Below, one piece after another: positions 1-12,663 of a stretch of DNA of 64,000 bases. The DNA is from Fistulifera solaris (Eukaryota), in NCBI GenBank assembly GCA_030295235.1, contig AP026132.1, forward strand, positions 682,001 through 746,000, written 5' to 3'. Below the pieces are notes generated by a model, which worked only from the letters and a program-made list of their open reading frames with translations, ran no database searches and had not been told where the DNA came from. The translations under genes and the position numbers were made by a program. The first letter of the stretch is position 1. The number at the start of each line of letters is the position of its first letter.

Positions 1-1
1 T

Positions 2-1012
2 CAAGTAACAAGAAAGATCTATAAAGAATGGGTCGAAATGGGCTCGGACAATAAGCGAGTATATCGTCACGAATATGAAAAAACGGTGTTGCAACATCCA
101 CAAGCTCGATATGTAGCATTCGCTAAGAATCCATTTGGCGAAGGTGCGGAACGGTTTGCGCATCGATTCTTTGAACTCGCAGCGGATTGTCGGACGATTG
201 TCGGCAAAGCCATGGTTGCAAAGGAAAGCCGTTTGATTCTCGATGATTCCGATGAGAAAGCTCGAAAACAGTTCACAGCAACATTTTGTAAGACGCAACA
301 ATTGGCGCGCCGTCTTGCCAAGGAATTCAACGACAAATTGAGAGAATCAAATATTGATTCGCGTACGCCAACGGTCAGCTTCTTGGATTGCTCGATCTAT
401 GAGCTGTACGATTACAACTTAGGAGTATTGAGTGTTCTGGTCGAAGACAAGCTTGATCAGAAAAACTGGAAGAAATGGAATTCCAACAACGGTTTCGTCG
501 AGGGGATGAAAAAGGCGCCTGTGTTTTCGGAAGCAAGCCTTCGTCAAGCTGAAATGAATATGACTCGAATAGCTCATTTTGAAGGCGACGTTATAGAAGA
601 AGGCAGCGAGGAGGAGGAGGAGGAAGACGAGTCGGAAGTGGGAGAGCTATTTCAAGGAAAAGGGGCATTAGTCTTCACTCCATTTGATGTAGCACAGGCT
701 TTCTCCCATTTCAGTTACTTGGCTTCGGGAAGAAAGCGACTTGTTTGTGATCTCCAAGGTGTCCATGACGAAGCTAAAAACGTTTTGATCTTTTCAGACC
801 CTGTGATACACTATCACAACCCTCGTGGATATACTAGCCGGAAAAATGTTCACGGAAGGACCGACCACGGCAAGAAAGGAATGAACAAGTTCTTTCACAC
901 TCATGCGCAGCATTGTGGACCATTGTGTAGGATTATAAATCGAGGGTTCCAAAAAGTCGATAAATGTGAGACGAATGAGCCCGCTGATGAAGGCGACTGT
1001 AAGATTAGCTGA
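2..1012 (+). CDS. Alpha-kinase (eEF2K/MHCK-type), 3' part; gene starts before the window
   Basis: Frame is open from base 2 (QVTRKIYKEWVE). Motifs: GEGAERFA, VAKES, KWNSNNG, AQAFSHFSY, LVCDLQGV, FSDPVIH, HGRTDHG, and a C-terminal H..CGPLC zinc site. Confidence 0.9.
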   Translation, partial: QVTRKIYKEWVEMGSDNKRVYRHEYEKTVLQHPQARYVAFAKNPFGEGAERFAHRFFELAADCRTIVGKAMVAKESRLILDDSDEKARKQFTATFCKTQQLARRLAKEFNDKLRESNIDSRTPTVSFLDCSIYELYDYNLGVLSVLVEDKLDQKNWKKWNSNNGFVEGMKKAPVFSEASLRQAEMNMTRIAHFEGDVIEEGSEEEEEEDESEVGELFQGKGALVFTPFDVAQAFSHFSYLASGRKRLVCDLQGVHDEAKNVLIFSDPVIHYHNPRGYTSRKNVHGRTDHGKKGMNKFFHTHAQHCGPLCRIINRGFQKVDKCETNEPADEGDCKIS

Positions 1013-1460
1013 ACCCAATCTGCATACATGCTTTTAGGAAACGCCCCATCAATAGTCTGCGCTTTACATTATGGTGGCACCTGGTGTCGTCTTGTGGCAT
1101 GGGTCCCCAATTAGCTTTAAATCGTAAAAGTTTATTTTGATGATATATTTAACTCAACGATAGCTCCCTAGCTAGACTACTCCCAGGCCAAGAATTCATA
1201 GACTATCTAGCGAGATCCTACTTGTAACGAAGATTTATTAGCAACCTTTGCGCATAGGTAACCGAAATGTCGTAACGTCAACAGTTTCTTAGAGATTGAC
1301 AACCGCTTGTTGTCTGTGCACTACTCGGTATCATTGTGCGGTTCGCGCTCTGCGTTCATTTTTATTGACCATGATAAAATGCAAGGATTACCGGTACCTG
1401 GTATTTCGAGGATTATCGACCTTTTTCTGCTCATTTGTGCTCCCTTTGACAATTCAATAA

Positions 1461-4400
1461 ATGAGCAGTGTTTCCTCCGGCACATCCGCGATTAGCTTTG
1501 TGGAAACAGAGCACGGACGATTACGAAGAAGGCAAAGGGGAATCGACAAGAAAGATCTCCAAGCCGCCTTAAAATACGGCGCACGTTACGACAACCGTCC
1601 TCGTCCTAATGGCGATCAAACAGCAAAATACGTTTACAATGACATCACATACATTGTGAATGAAGTGACCCGCGAAGAGATCACGTGTTATGCGAAACCG
1701 CTCGAGTTGGAAGAAATTCGGCTGCCGAGGCAAATGCTTGTCGATTACTTAGCTACTCGTCGAAAGGTGAAAGGGAATCCTAATTTCTGGACTTCGAACT
1801 CAGTTCTTGTCGTGGATACTTCAGGGAGTATGCGAGAAGCTGATGTCTGGGGAGCACGAACCCGCTTGGCAGCTGTTTGGGTGTCAATCGCTTTAGATTT
1901 TATTGCGAGTCGACTTGAAACCGGAGGTGGAGGTCTCTATGATGTTGTATCAATCGTTACGCTAGGAGAGCATCCAACTATCATCTTTGAAGAGGAGCCG
2001 TGCTCATGGGTTCTGTACAATCACCTAGTCAAGATCTACAGTCAGAACCTCGTGACGCCTTCGGGGCATGGGCCTTTCCTCCCCAGCTTGCACATCGCGG
2101 AGAATCTACTTCTCCGAAACCCAAATGCTTCATGTGCTATTTCTCTCACTTTTCTTTCAGACGGAAGACCTTCTGATAGCGCTTTCGGGTGGAGTTACGA
2201 AATGATTGAGAAGAAAGTGGGCAATTTGGCCAGCAAGCTTGGTAGACGACTCACCTTCAAAGCGATCGCAATAGGCGATTATGAAGATTTTGATATGCTC
2301 AAGCGTATGGTGGACGCCGCAGCTGATTACGGGGCTCGTGCTGAATTTTGTTTGCCATCTATGACTTCCTCCGCACTTGGAAATGTCTTCACCTCTGTCG
2401 CCACCTCGATCTCGACGACCCAGTTGGAGCTGACCGACGCAATAACGAAAAAACAACGACAAGTCCGCAATGTTCTTCGCGAGTCTCGGAGCAAAGCGGG
2501 ACAAGAATTACGGAAAGTCTCAGACACAGACTTTTGGATGTATTCCCTAAACAAAACAACGCGGAAGATTTATAGAGAATGGGTCGACGTCGGATATCAT
2601 GGAAAGAGAGCATCTAGGCACAAATATGAGAAAACAGGATTGCAGCATCCTCACGCCCGTTACGTAGCATTCGCTAAATGTCCGTTTGGGGAAGGGGCGG
2701 AAAGGTTTGCATATCGGTTCTATGAGCTCGCGTTTGATTGCCAGACTATTGTTGGGAAAGCTATGGTAGCAAAGGAAAGTCGCCTTATGGTCGACGATTA
2801 CGACGAGAAAGCTAGAAAAGAATTCACAAACCGATTTTGCAGAACTCAGCAGCTTGCTCGTCGTCTTGCGAAAGAATTTAATGACGAAATGAGATTATCG
2901 CACCTTATTGATGATCGCACACCTACTGTCAGTTTCCTTGATTGTTCCATATATGAACTTGACGACGACAACCTGGGAGTTCTCAGTGTCTTGGTGGAAG
3001 ACAAGCTCGACCACACGAAGTGGCAAAAATGGAATTCCAACAATGGCTTTGTAGAGGGAATGAAAAAGGCTCCTGTGTTTTCCGAGGAAGGTCTTCGTCT
3101 CGCTGAGATCAACATGACGCAAGCTGCCCACTTTGAAAAAAACTATATCGAAGAAATTGACGAGGAAAAGGAGGTATTAGGTGCCCTCAGCGGAAAGAGA
3201 GCATTAGTCTTTACTCCGTTTGAGGTGGCACAAGCGTTCTCCCATTTCACCTACTTGGCTTCGGGAAAGAAACGGCTTGTTTGCGACCTCCAAGGTGTTT
3301 ATGACGACGAAAACAACGTTATGATGTTTTCAGACCCTGTCATACACTACCACGATCCGCGTGGAAGCTTTAAACGGAAAAATGTCCATGGAAGGACAGA
3401 TCACGGCATAGATGGAATGCATAAATTTCTGCATACGCATCATGATTATTGCGGCCATTTGTGTAGAATTGTTAACCGAAGATTCCGGAAGGAGCGATGG
3501 TCCGAAAGGGACGAACAAGCACATTCAGTTAGTATTACGAAAGAGAAGTTGATGGTTCAATCGATTGTCATTCAAGATTTTATTGTGCCGCAACAAGCTA
3601 CCATTTCTGCAGACTGCAATACTCGAATCGACTACTCTTTTCCTTGCAAGAGTTCTTCTGTCGTAGCAAAGACTACCTCGTTGGTTTTCTCGTCCAAGTC
3701 ATTCAAAAAACTTGACGTCACAGAAAGCCTGACGAAGAGACAGGCACAAGTTCCTCACGCTCTTCAGAAGCATAGAATTAATGCTCCACAACGAATGCAG
3801 AAAGTTTCCGACCAAGATTTTTGGATTTACTCTCAATCCGAAACCACGCGAAAGGTGTATAAGGAATGGGTCGACATTGCTCCTGACAATAAAAGAATGC
3901 TTCGGCAAGAATTTGAAGAGACAGGTTTGCAGCATCCCCATGCCCGTTATGTTGCCTTCGCTAAGCATCCATTTAGTGAAGGTTCTAAGAAGGTTCTCTA
4001 TCAATTCTTTGAACTGGCTGCTGATCGTCAAACAATTCTTGGTAAAGCCATGGTAACGAAGGAAAAACGTTTGGTTCATGGTGATTACGATGAGAAGGCT
4101 AGGAAAGAATATACAACAACTTTCTGTAAAACTCAGCAACTGGCTCGTCGCTTCGCTGATCAGTTCAACGAAAAGCTGAAAGAATCGAAATGTAGCGATC
4201 GTACACCTTCCGTTACTTTCCTTGACTGCTCCATTTACGAGCTGAGGGACGACAATCTAGGACTATGAGTGTCTTAGTGGAAGATAAAATTGACCAAGCG
4301 CAGTGGCAAAAATGGAGTTCAAACAAAGAAATCGTTTTCAGAAAAACTAACGCACACATCTTTTCCGAGGAAAGTCTACGCCAGGCCGAACTTGTAATGA

Positions 4401-4798
4401 CTCGAGTTGCTCATTTCGACGGCGCCGCTATCGAAGAAAGGAGCGAGGAAGAAGAACAAGAAGACTTGGAGGAGGTTTCCGAGAATAAAGCACTAGTTTT
4501 TAGTCCGTTCGATGTAGCACAAGCATTCTCGCATTTCACTTACATGGCGTCCGGACGAAGACGTCTTATTTGGAATCTTCAAGGCGCTTATGATGGAGCA
4601 AGCAACGTCCTCATGTTTTCAGACCCTGTCATATACTGCTGCACTCCTCAACGCTACATGAGTTACAAAAATGTTCACAAAATAGATTATAATGGAACGG
4701 CTGGAATGCGTAAGTTTTTCAATGAGCACACTGAATTTTGCGGCCCTCTATGCAAGATTGTGAACCGGTGTTTCAGAAGAACAATGCTCGCTGATTGA
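1461..4798 (+). CDS. DUF4258-like N-domain + vWA + alpha-kinase + degenerate second alpha-kinase domain
   Basis: N-terminus TEHGRLRRRQRGIDKKDLQAALKYG. vWA motifs VVDTSGSM and FLSDG. Complete alpha-kinase motifs at about 2620-3490, then a second copy from about 3790. ORFs 1461..4268 and 4265..4798 join by one missing T at about 4266 (GGA CTA TGA here vs GGA GTA TTG AGT in the paralogue). Confidence 0.85.
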
Positions 4799-5048
4799 AA
4801 GCTTTTTTGCAATCTTACGTCCATGGCACTGATAACTAGAATAGATAGGTGATAGAAAGACGGATAATTGCTTGATGCATGAAACACCATCTTTGCATTC
4901 TATTTAGATCAAACATCACTTAAGTTGACGTTCTAACCTAATCCGCAACGACTCGAAGAAATTGTTAAAGAATGCCTAACGAAGAGCGTGCTAATCGGAG
5001 TCGCAATATCACAAAAGTATAATGCGCTCGTATTATTGATCAGAGTTA

Positions 5049-7398
5049 TTACTCAATATCGAAGCCCGTGGCCACCATCGTGACGGCTAACTTCAGCTTC
5101 TCTCGGAGCTCATCTTTTGTCTCGTACATGGGCAAATCGATGCGATTGAAGCACGTGTGCGCACGTGGATATAAACATACCCCCACGTGTACGCCGTGAA
5201 TAGTAAACTTGCGAATATTACCATCATTCCCTTGCAGCACACCAAATCCACGCGCAGGCACACCTGATGTACCCGTTACAAATTGTAATAGACGCGCCTT
5301 CATCTCCTGATCAAACTCATCCACAACCTCCCAAAACCAGTGACACGTCGGATAGTCTCCATTGACGTGTTCATATTCTCCAGAATATTCTGTATGCTCT
5401 CGCCAGTCGTCCATGTCTATTTTCGGCAAGCCACACATAAGCAACTCGATTTCCTGGAAATCGAAAACTGTCAACAACGGCTCGGGAATGACATCGAAGA
5501 ACCCTAACAGTAGCTCTGTTAATTGATCCTTCACTCTATCCATCATTCGATACCGTAAGCACGCTTCAAGATACTCTGGAAAGTTGTCGTTGGTAACTTC
5601 AATATTGGATCCGCCTGGAACAAGGTCTACTTCCTCCTTTGCACCCATGAATTCCTGTGTCGTGGAGAAATCCAAGCAAAGCATTTCTAAATCTTCACCA
5701 TTTTCGTGTAAGTCCTTCAGCTGCTTCAAATTCTGATGATATTCTTCATCTATTGTGGCAATATCTTTGAAGGTGATAGGCCAACCTAGCAAATGTTTGT
5801 ATATATACTGTACCATGTGCCCATTGACTAGTTGCATTTCAAAAGTGCCTTGCCCATGACTCGACCAAGGAATCGATAGTAAACAAGATAATCGTCGCAC
5901 ACGAACTCTGAAACGACAGAAATCAAACGCATTGTGAGACCTTTGAATCTGCAACCACGCGAAACTATACCACGCGAAACTAAAGTACCACGCTCGACTT
6001 ACTCGATGCAGGATTGATTTGCATGCACATTTGGTTCGTTTCGCTGCTCATCCAAAGTCCCATGTCAGGATCGAAAATTTCTTGCGTCACCAGTTCAAAC
6101 CATTCTCGTGTTAAACCACCGGCATCAATGCCCATTTCACCAATGAATTCAAAGCGCCATACTTTTCGAAGATCTTTTCGATTCAAAGACATGACGGCAT
6201 CTACGGAATCCTCTAACAAAAAATTACGACGGACATTGATTCGCATGTGCCCTTCACTCCATTCGACTCGTAGTTTTTGACACTTTTCTTGAAACCACAC
6301 TGCCTTTTCTTCGAAGCCTTTGACTTGCGCGTCGGCGATTTCACTGTACGTAACAAGGACTTCGCCATTGTAAGCTTTGACACGTGAATCAACAAAAGCA
6401 TCGCTGGCGGGCACCAGTGTCATGACCCCGTCACGGACTCGCTCGTCGCCGCCCGGTTGGAACGTTAGTTTGCGTACGTAGGCTGACTTTTCGGCATCAA
6501 AACGAGTATTGGTGTCGATATCACCATTGTCGTCCATACGGACCCACTGAAATTTCATGTCCGAAACGCGAATTGTTCGTGTCCAGCCATCCTTATCGTA
6601 CGACAATTTGATCTCGACAGCCTCACTACGGGGCTTTCGTTTGGTGGTAAGAGCTTTCGGTAATTTGAATCGAATTCGCTGACCTGGTCCGGCATTTAAA
6701 GGACATGTAACCAGAACACGGACACCCGCCGCGAGTAAGGCAAACGATTGACCGGGTTTGACTCCTTGCGGCACTTGTACTTCAAACAACTGCGTCTCTT
6801 CGTCCGCCATCGACTTTCGTTTACTATCCGGGTTCCCTGACATACCGACAGATGATTCGACGTCGTCCGGCGGAGGCGGAGGAGGCACAATTCGTACTTT
6901 GGTCCCTGGAGCGGCATTCGGAGGACAAGTCACCATGAGCTGTTGACCCTGAATGGTGACCGGAAATTGACTCCCTCCGCGAATTCCTTCTGGTATCGTA
7001 ACCATGTAAGCTGGGGGTCCTCCGTCTCTGTCTTCTACGGGGCAAACATTCGGACTATCCGGGGGCAGTGACTTATTTGCTGCACCCGCATTCGGCTTGC
7101 TGTTGTTGTTGCTGCTTTCGTTAGGGTCTATCGGTACGGTAATTTGCAGAAACTGTCCAGGCTGACTGTTGGGCGGGCATTTCACTCTTACTATTCGATT
7201 TCCTGCATACACCTGGAACTCTTGACCCGGTTGTACGCTGTCAGGTATCGGAACACGAAAAACAGTTGATTTTCCGTCAGCGGAAACCGTGCCTCCGCCT
7301 GATCCTTTTGACTTTACGTTGACATTCGGTGAAGAGTTCGCCCTGGCCTTTGTATTGTTGCTGGACCCAGAAGACCCCTTTTTAAATAATCGCATCAT
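5049..7398 (-). CDS. HECT-domain E3 ubiquitin ligase (NEDD4-like HECT) with three N-terminal repeats
   Basis: GIDAGGLTREWF, LLQFVTGTS and PRAHTCFNRIDLP (catalytic Cys). Intron 5908-6002 (GTAAGT...CAG). One-base homopolymer frameshift at about 5842 (YRFLGRVMGKAL/FEMQ). Confidence 0.92.
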
Positions 7399-8551
7399 TT
7401 TCTTGTAATTTGTTTCGACTCAGTCGCTAAAAAAATTGAAAATTTGGCAGAGGGACCCGTAATTTCCCTCCAGGTAAAAAAAATGTCAACGTAATGATGA
7501 GCTAATTCGGAAGCAGATACCGCTTTCGTTTAATCTGCCTCTATAACTTGTTTATGAATAAACCGCTTCAAAGATTGCTTTCAATAAAGCTTAAATAAAA
7601 GACACGAGAAAGACTTGCTGTAGATGGTGTTAATAGTGCTCCTTCATCCCGGTCTTTTTTTCGAAACGGAGCGCCGCAAGCAAGGAAGATGGCCATTTTG
7701 CAAGAAATCCTCCGCTCGGAGAAGCCAACGACATGTTCGGTTGGCTTTTCGAGTCTTTGATCCCCAAATTGTCTACTTTTCATGTCACAGTCATTCTTGT
7801 TTTCGTCGAGCGAAGTCTGTTTTTTTGCGGACGATTTACGACGGTCGACGGACAAGGTAGTCTTGGACGTCTGTCTGTCGGTGGGAGGGGCATATTTGTG
7901 GAACGTTTAGGACCTCTTGATTGACCATGAACAAAAACTGTCAAGTGGATGCCCATTGTCACTTGCTGACACAGCAACTTTAATGAGAAAGAAGATGGGT
8001 GCTGCCAGGTATTCGTGCGAAATAGACCCAAGAATAAGCGCAATCTTGGAATGCATCCAACTTCCGGGTCGGGTAGCCCTGCTTACTTGGTACGTCGATA
8101 ATTTTCCTACTAGGTTAACTTGAAAAGGCGTGAGAAGAGTGAAATCTAAGTTCTGACTCCCAAACTAGGTTAGTTATTAAATTAGACATAAACTATTTTT
8201 GTGATGCAAGTTTTAGGTGCTAATCGAGCAAGAGATGCTCCAGACGGAGAGCTATTCAAGAAGGAAGCAATGTAAAGAAACTCCATATCCGGTTTTCCTA
8301 CATCGATAAATTGCCTACGAGGCTACGAGGCCTACGTGAAACTTACGTAGCCAAAATTTCCCGCCGAAAGGAGGAACATGCGCGAGAAGCACGACGACAA
8401 CAGAACCTGTTCATACATCATCATCATCATCATTCATCATTGCTTTATTCAGTTCATTCTCATCTGCGGTAACACGACACAGCGAGTAGCATCGCTTCAT
8501 CTCTTGGGATAATACGGATTCACTGTTCGTTGACGAAGAAAGAAGCAACAC

Positions 8552-9414
8552 ATGTCGTCGTCATCGGCCGAAACACCACCTCCATTCCTCGTAGCAATGC
8601 TAGCCGGCGGACTCGCTGGTACATCCGTCGATGTTACTTTATTTCCTCTAGATACACTCAAGACACGACTACAGGCACCGGGTGGGTTTATTAAAGCCGG
8701 AGGCTTTCGCGGCGTCTACAATGGCTTGGGCGCCGCGGCATTGGGATCGGCACCGGGTGCAGCGCTCTTTTCAGTACGTACGAGACCATGAAAGTGTTGT
8801 TGGTGAAAAATGGAGACCAGCCAGACGCCGTGTCACACATGACCGCGGCATCGATTGGAGAAGCTGCCGCTTGTCTGGTACGAGTCCCGACCGAAGTGGT
8901 AAAAGCCAAAATGCAGACAAGCGCGACTCAACTATCTTTACAAGCAACAATTGCGAGTGTTTTGAAGGAGCGCAGCGGCAGTTGGCTAAGTCATATTACG
9001 GGTGGTCTTTATCGTGGCTATGGTATTACCTTATTTCGCGAGATTCCCTTTGCCATGATCCAGTTTCCTCTTTACGAGTACATGAAGCTAACCTGGGCTC
9101 GGCAACAGAATCTCGATCAGTGCACGCCAGTGCAAGCCGCAATCTGCGGTTCATGCTCGGGTGGCTTGGCGGCGGGATTGACGACACCTTTAGACGTGCT
9201 GAAGACGCGCTTGATGTTGGGCGCAGACCAGCACGGAACTCCGTACACGGGTGTATCGGATGTGTTGCGTCGGACTTTGGCATTAGAAGGGCAGATTGCC
9301 TTGTGGAGCGGTGTGCAACCGAGGGTCATGTGGATCTCTATCGGTGGATTTGTATTCTTTGGAGCGTACGAAACGTTCAAGACCTTACTGATGACTTCTT
9401 TACTCGCCCATTAG
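8552..9414 (+). CDS. Mitochondrial carrier family protein, S-adenosylmethionine carrier-like (SLC25A26/PET8)
   Basis: Three carrier signatures [30 protein letters not shown]; also [14 protein letters not shown]. Frameshift in a T-run at about 8770. Confidence 0.88.
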
Positions 9415-9781
9415 AGAGGGCGCGAAACACAGTGTAGTTTTTGTTCATAAAATTCCGTACTTTATTGCTTCTTTGAATTCAGACCAGCTAAAGACACACA
9501 GCAATACCAGATTTGAAACTTGACTGTAGCTAGCTAGGGTCTAGTTTTCCTTACACTACTACAGTAAGGTCGAAGACGATATTGTGCGATATTGTGGTCA
9601 GGGACTTTAGTCGAGAACCTGTACGACGAGTTCAGTTTTCAAAAGATACCGCCACATTATTTTCTGCGAAGCCTTTTTCTGCGAAAAATCGATCACACTC
9701 AACGGATCCTTGATGAGAGTAAAGATTCATCTCCTTCTCATGTTCATTCTTATGCAATAAATCTGCGCTCAACACTACATA

Positions 9782-12663
9782 ATGCCTCACAATAAAGGAC
9801 ACAATCAAAGCAAGAAGAAAGGGAAAATCAAGGGGAGTCACAGCAAGCAACCGGCCTCCAGCAATCCCTCGCGTCAAGGGCCGTCGTTGCTGCCGCCAAA
9901 CGCTTTCGCACCCAAAACACCCGATGATTCGACAACTGTCAGTAGTGGCTATCACGCCATGTACAAAGAAGCGACGTTGCGGTTTCATAATTGGATGTCA
10001 CAAAAAGCCTGCCCTAAATCGAAAATGACGGCTGTCAATGATTACCGCAAAGGAGTCGATCTAATTGCGAACCATAATATGAGCGTGTACCTGAACAAGA
10101 ACGATGAGAAGGTCGAGAATCTGATTGTGACTCCGCCCGAGATCATGGCGAGCCTGGCATCCAGTATTCGATTGCGCGAAAAAGTCACAGCCAGCCTTTT
10201 CGGGTCGAAGAGCGGTGGTGACCTTGGACATCAGTATATCATCGATGTGTTGCACTATTGTCGGAGCACGCTTCGATTTGGGAATAGAATTGCCGCCATT
10301 TATCAAGAGAGTATGGGAGAGAAAGTCGCAGATGCAATAGGGGGTCGATTCAGTGCCCTGACGCTCGACGATGACGACGAAGAGGAAGAGTTGGAATGGG
10401 ACGACATTGATCAAGCTATCCGAGAAGGTAACTTGCCGAAGTATACCGGAGTTGAAGTAGAGGAAGAAATGGACATCAGCGAGATTCTTCTGAAGGGTGA
10501 CGATCGATTGCAAGCAATGTTTCTGCTGTATACTATGAATGATTCGATGGCAGCCGTTCATATGCATTATAAGCATTTCAAATCATACTTGAGAGGGAAC
10601 AGCAAATTTCAAGGCTCAAGCTGCATGCATCTATTGATGAAATGTGCTGTTGTAGCTAATGCTGCTACAGAAAGTGTTCATCAAGCGGAGAATGAACTGG
10701 GAATCAATCACCCCCATCTAGCGTCGTTTTATCATGTTCTTGTCCTTGTTTTTATGACCGAAATAATGGCAGAAGTCGAAAAGTTTATCGACAAGAATTG
10801 GTTAAAGAAGACGCCGCACATGGTTTTACAATTCTTGGCGGAAATCGTTGAGTCATCATTTCACTATCCTGGACAGACAAGAATTCCTTCCATCGTGAAG
10901 CGCTTTATCGCGAAGTCGGGCTTAGACCCAATGTACGTCGAAGAAACTGCGCAAGCTACTTATACCCTTATATCATATGAGACCACTTTGAAGGTCGAGG
11001 AACGTCTTAATCCAGGTCAAACTGCCCATCTGGCTGGTTGTGGTTTGGATCCTCATTCGTGGCTCAACTTTAGCGAATTTATCGGGGGCGATTGCTGCTT
11101 ATTAAACACCAAAAAGTTGGTGCAAAGACAATGGATCTTTTACAAGACGATCAGAAATTTGATGGACGGCCGGGATTTTGGGGACAGTCGTTCGACGAAA
11201 ACAAGAATCCTGCTAGGTGCATTCGGGGCGATCTCGACGAAGCCCTTGTATCAAGTATCTTACCGGATCTTTTTGAAATTTGCAGATGTTTGCCTTTTCA
11301 AAACTTGCCGATCCGGACACATTTGATTACTGTGCTCGACCTGTTGCAGCAGCATCTAAAAGGGGATCGGACAAAACCACTACCGATAGGTCTATCCTTC
11401 GGTTTGCATGCTGTTCTGATATCCATTCTTGTTCTTCAAGGCGATGGCGATTTGACACGTATTGCTGCATATTCAAAGAAATCATATAACAGACTTTTTG
11501 AGCAGTTGCAGGCTTTGTCGGATCAAAGCAAACCACCCAGCAACTCCCCTAACTTTTATCACCAAGTTTCGAGGTTTGCCCAGCTTGCAGGATTAGCAAA
11601 GCCATATGATGTCAACATCGGTAATTATCGGAGAGCTGATCCAGTCGCCGCAGCAAAAAAATGCATTTTGGAACCCTCTTATCGGCGGAGAATATATGTT
11701 GTATGCGACATACATGTGCTCGATCGGTCTGGGGTCGGCAACTGTCGATACATTGGTCAGGTGCGGTCGGTGCTTCACTTATACAACGGACTCAGAATCC
11801 TTGACCCTGCTTTCGAGGTTCCTTTTCTCGAAAAAAATCGACAAAGTTTTTAGCAATACAAAAGCAGTCTGGGTTGGAGGAAAACCAGGAAAGGGATCCT
11901 GCTCTAAGGTGTTCTGGATGTCGTTTGGACTAAGCGCAAAACGGGCTTCAAAGATTTACTCCGAGTACGCAGCTCTTAAACATGCTTTCCCAGTTAATCC
12001 CCAAGGCGATGATCTAAGGTAAGGACGTGTTGCTCAAGCGCATAGTGGGAAGAGATGACTCACATTGTAGCTAACTAAATTCGTTTCGATCATACTCAGA
12101 ATTTTGGATGAAATTGACCCGGGAGAGTTTAGTACCTCGTATCGGTGCCTCATTCAGCAGGCTTTTGGCGCAGAAAATTTTAAAGTTATTTCCTCGAAAC
12201 ATAGAACCAGCGAGGAAACCGAAGAAGCTGAACAACGCTGTCTTTCACTGATGGACCTTTTGATCAGAGCCGATGTCACTCATAAAGCTATGGACGATGA
12301 AAAGATGTCCTCCCATTGAACTTTACTGCGATCGGAACGATTTTGTTGGAGTTTGTGAACGCCTTGTCGGATCATACGAAATGGTCGACCGTGGCCCAAG
12401 GCGTTCTTCAAGATAACCCCACTATACTTTCTGGCCAAACGGCAAAGGGAACTAAGATGAGAGGATTTACTGCGTCTGAACTCAATTTCAAGTCCCACGT
12501 TCTAACCGACATTTGGGGGTATCTGTTATGGTGCATTGATACTGACTATACTGAACACTCCTTCCTACCGGTATTTGATGTAAAGGACATAGCTACATTT
12601 ACCAAGTCGTTCTTTGGCAAGATTGAGAAGAGTCGCTATACATTCTTTGCCGATTCGTATTGA
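9782..12663 (+). CDS. Large uncharacterised protein, DUF6604-like N-terminus
   Basis: Motifs YKEATLRFHNW, IRLREKV..GHQYIIDVL, RFSAL, NPLIGG, HLYNGL. Consecutive ORFs are linked by homopolymer indels at about 11126, 11660, 11753, 11835 and 12315. Intron 12019-12099. Confidence 0.6.

Noticed and set aside
5953..5995. Direct repeat ACCACGCGAAACTA x2 plus a partial copy
   Set aside because: It lies inside the HECT intron and looks like a simple local slippage.
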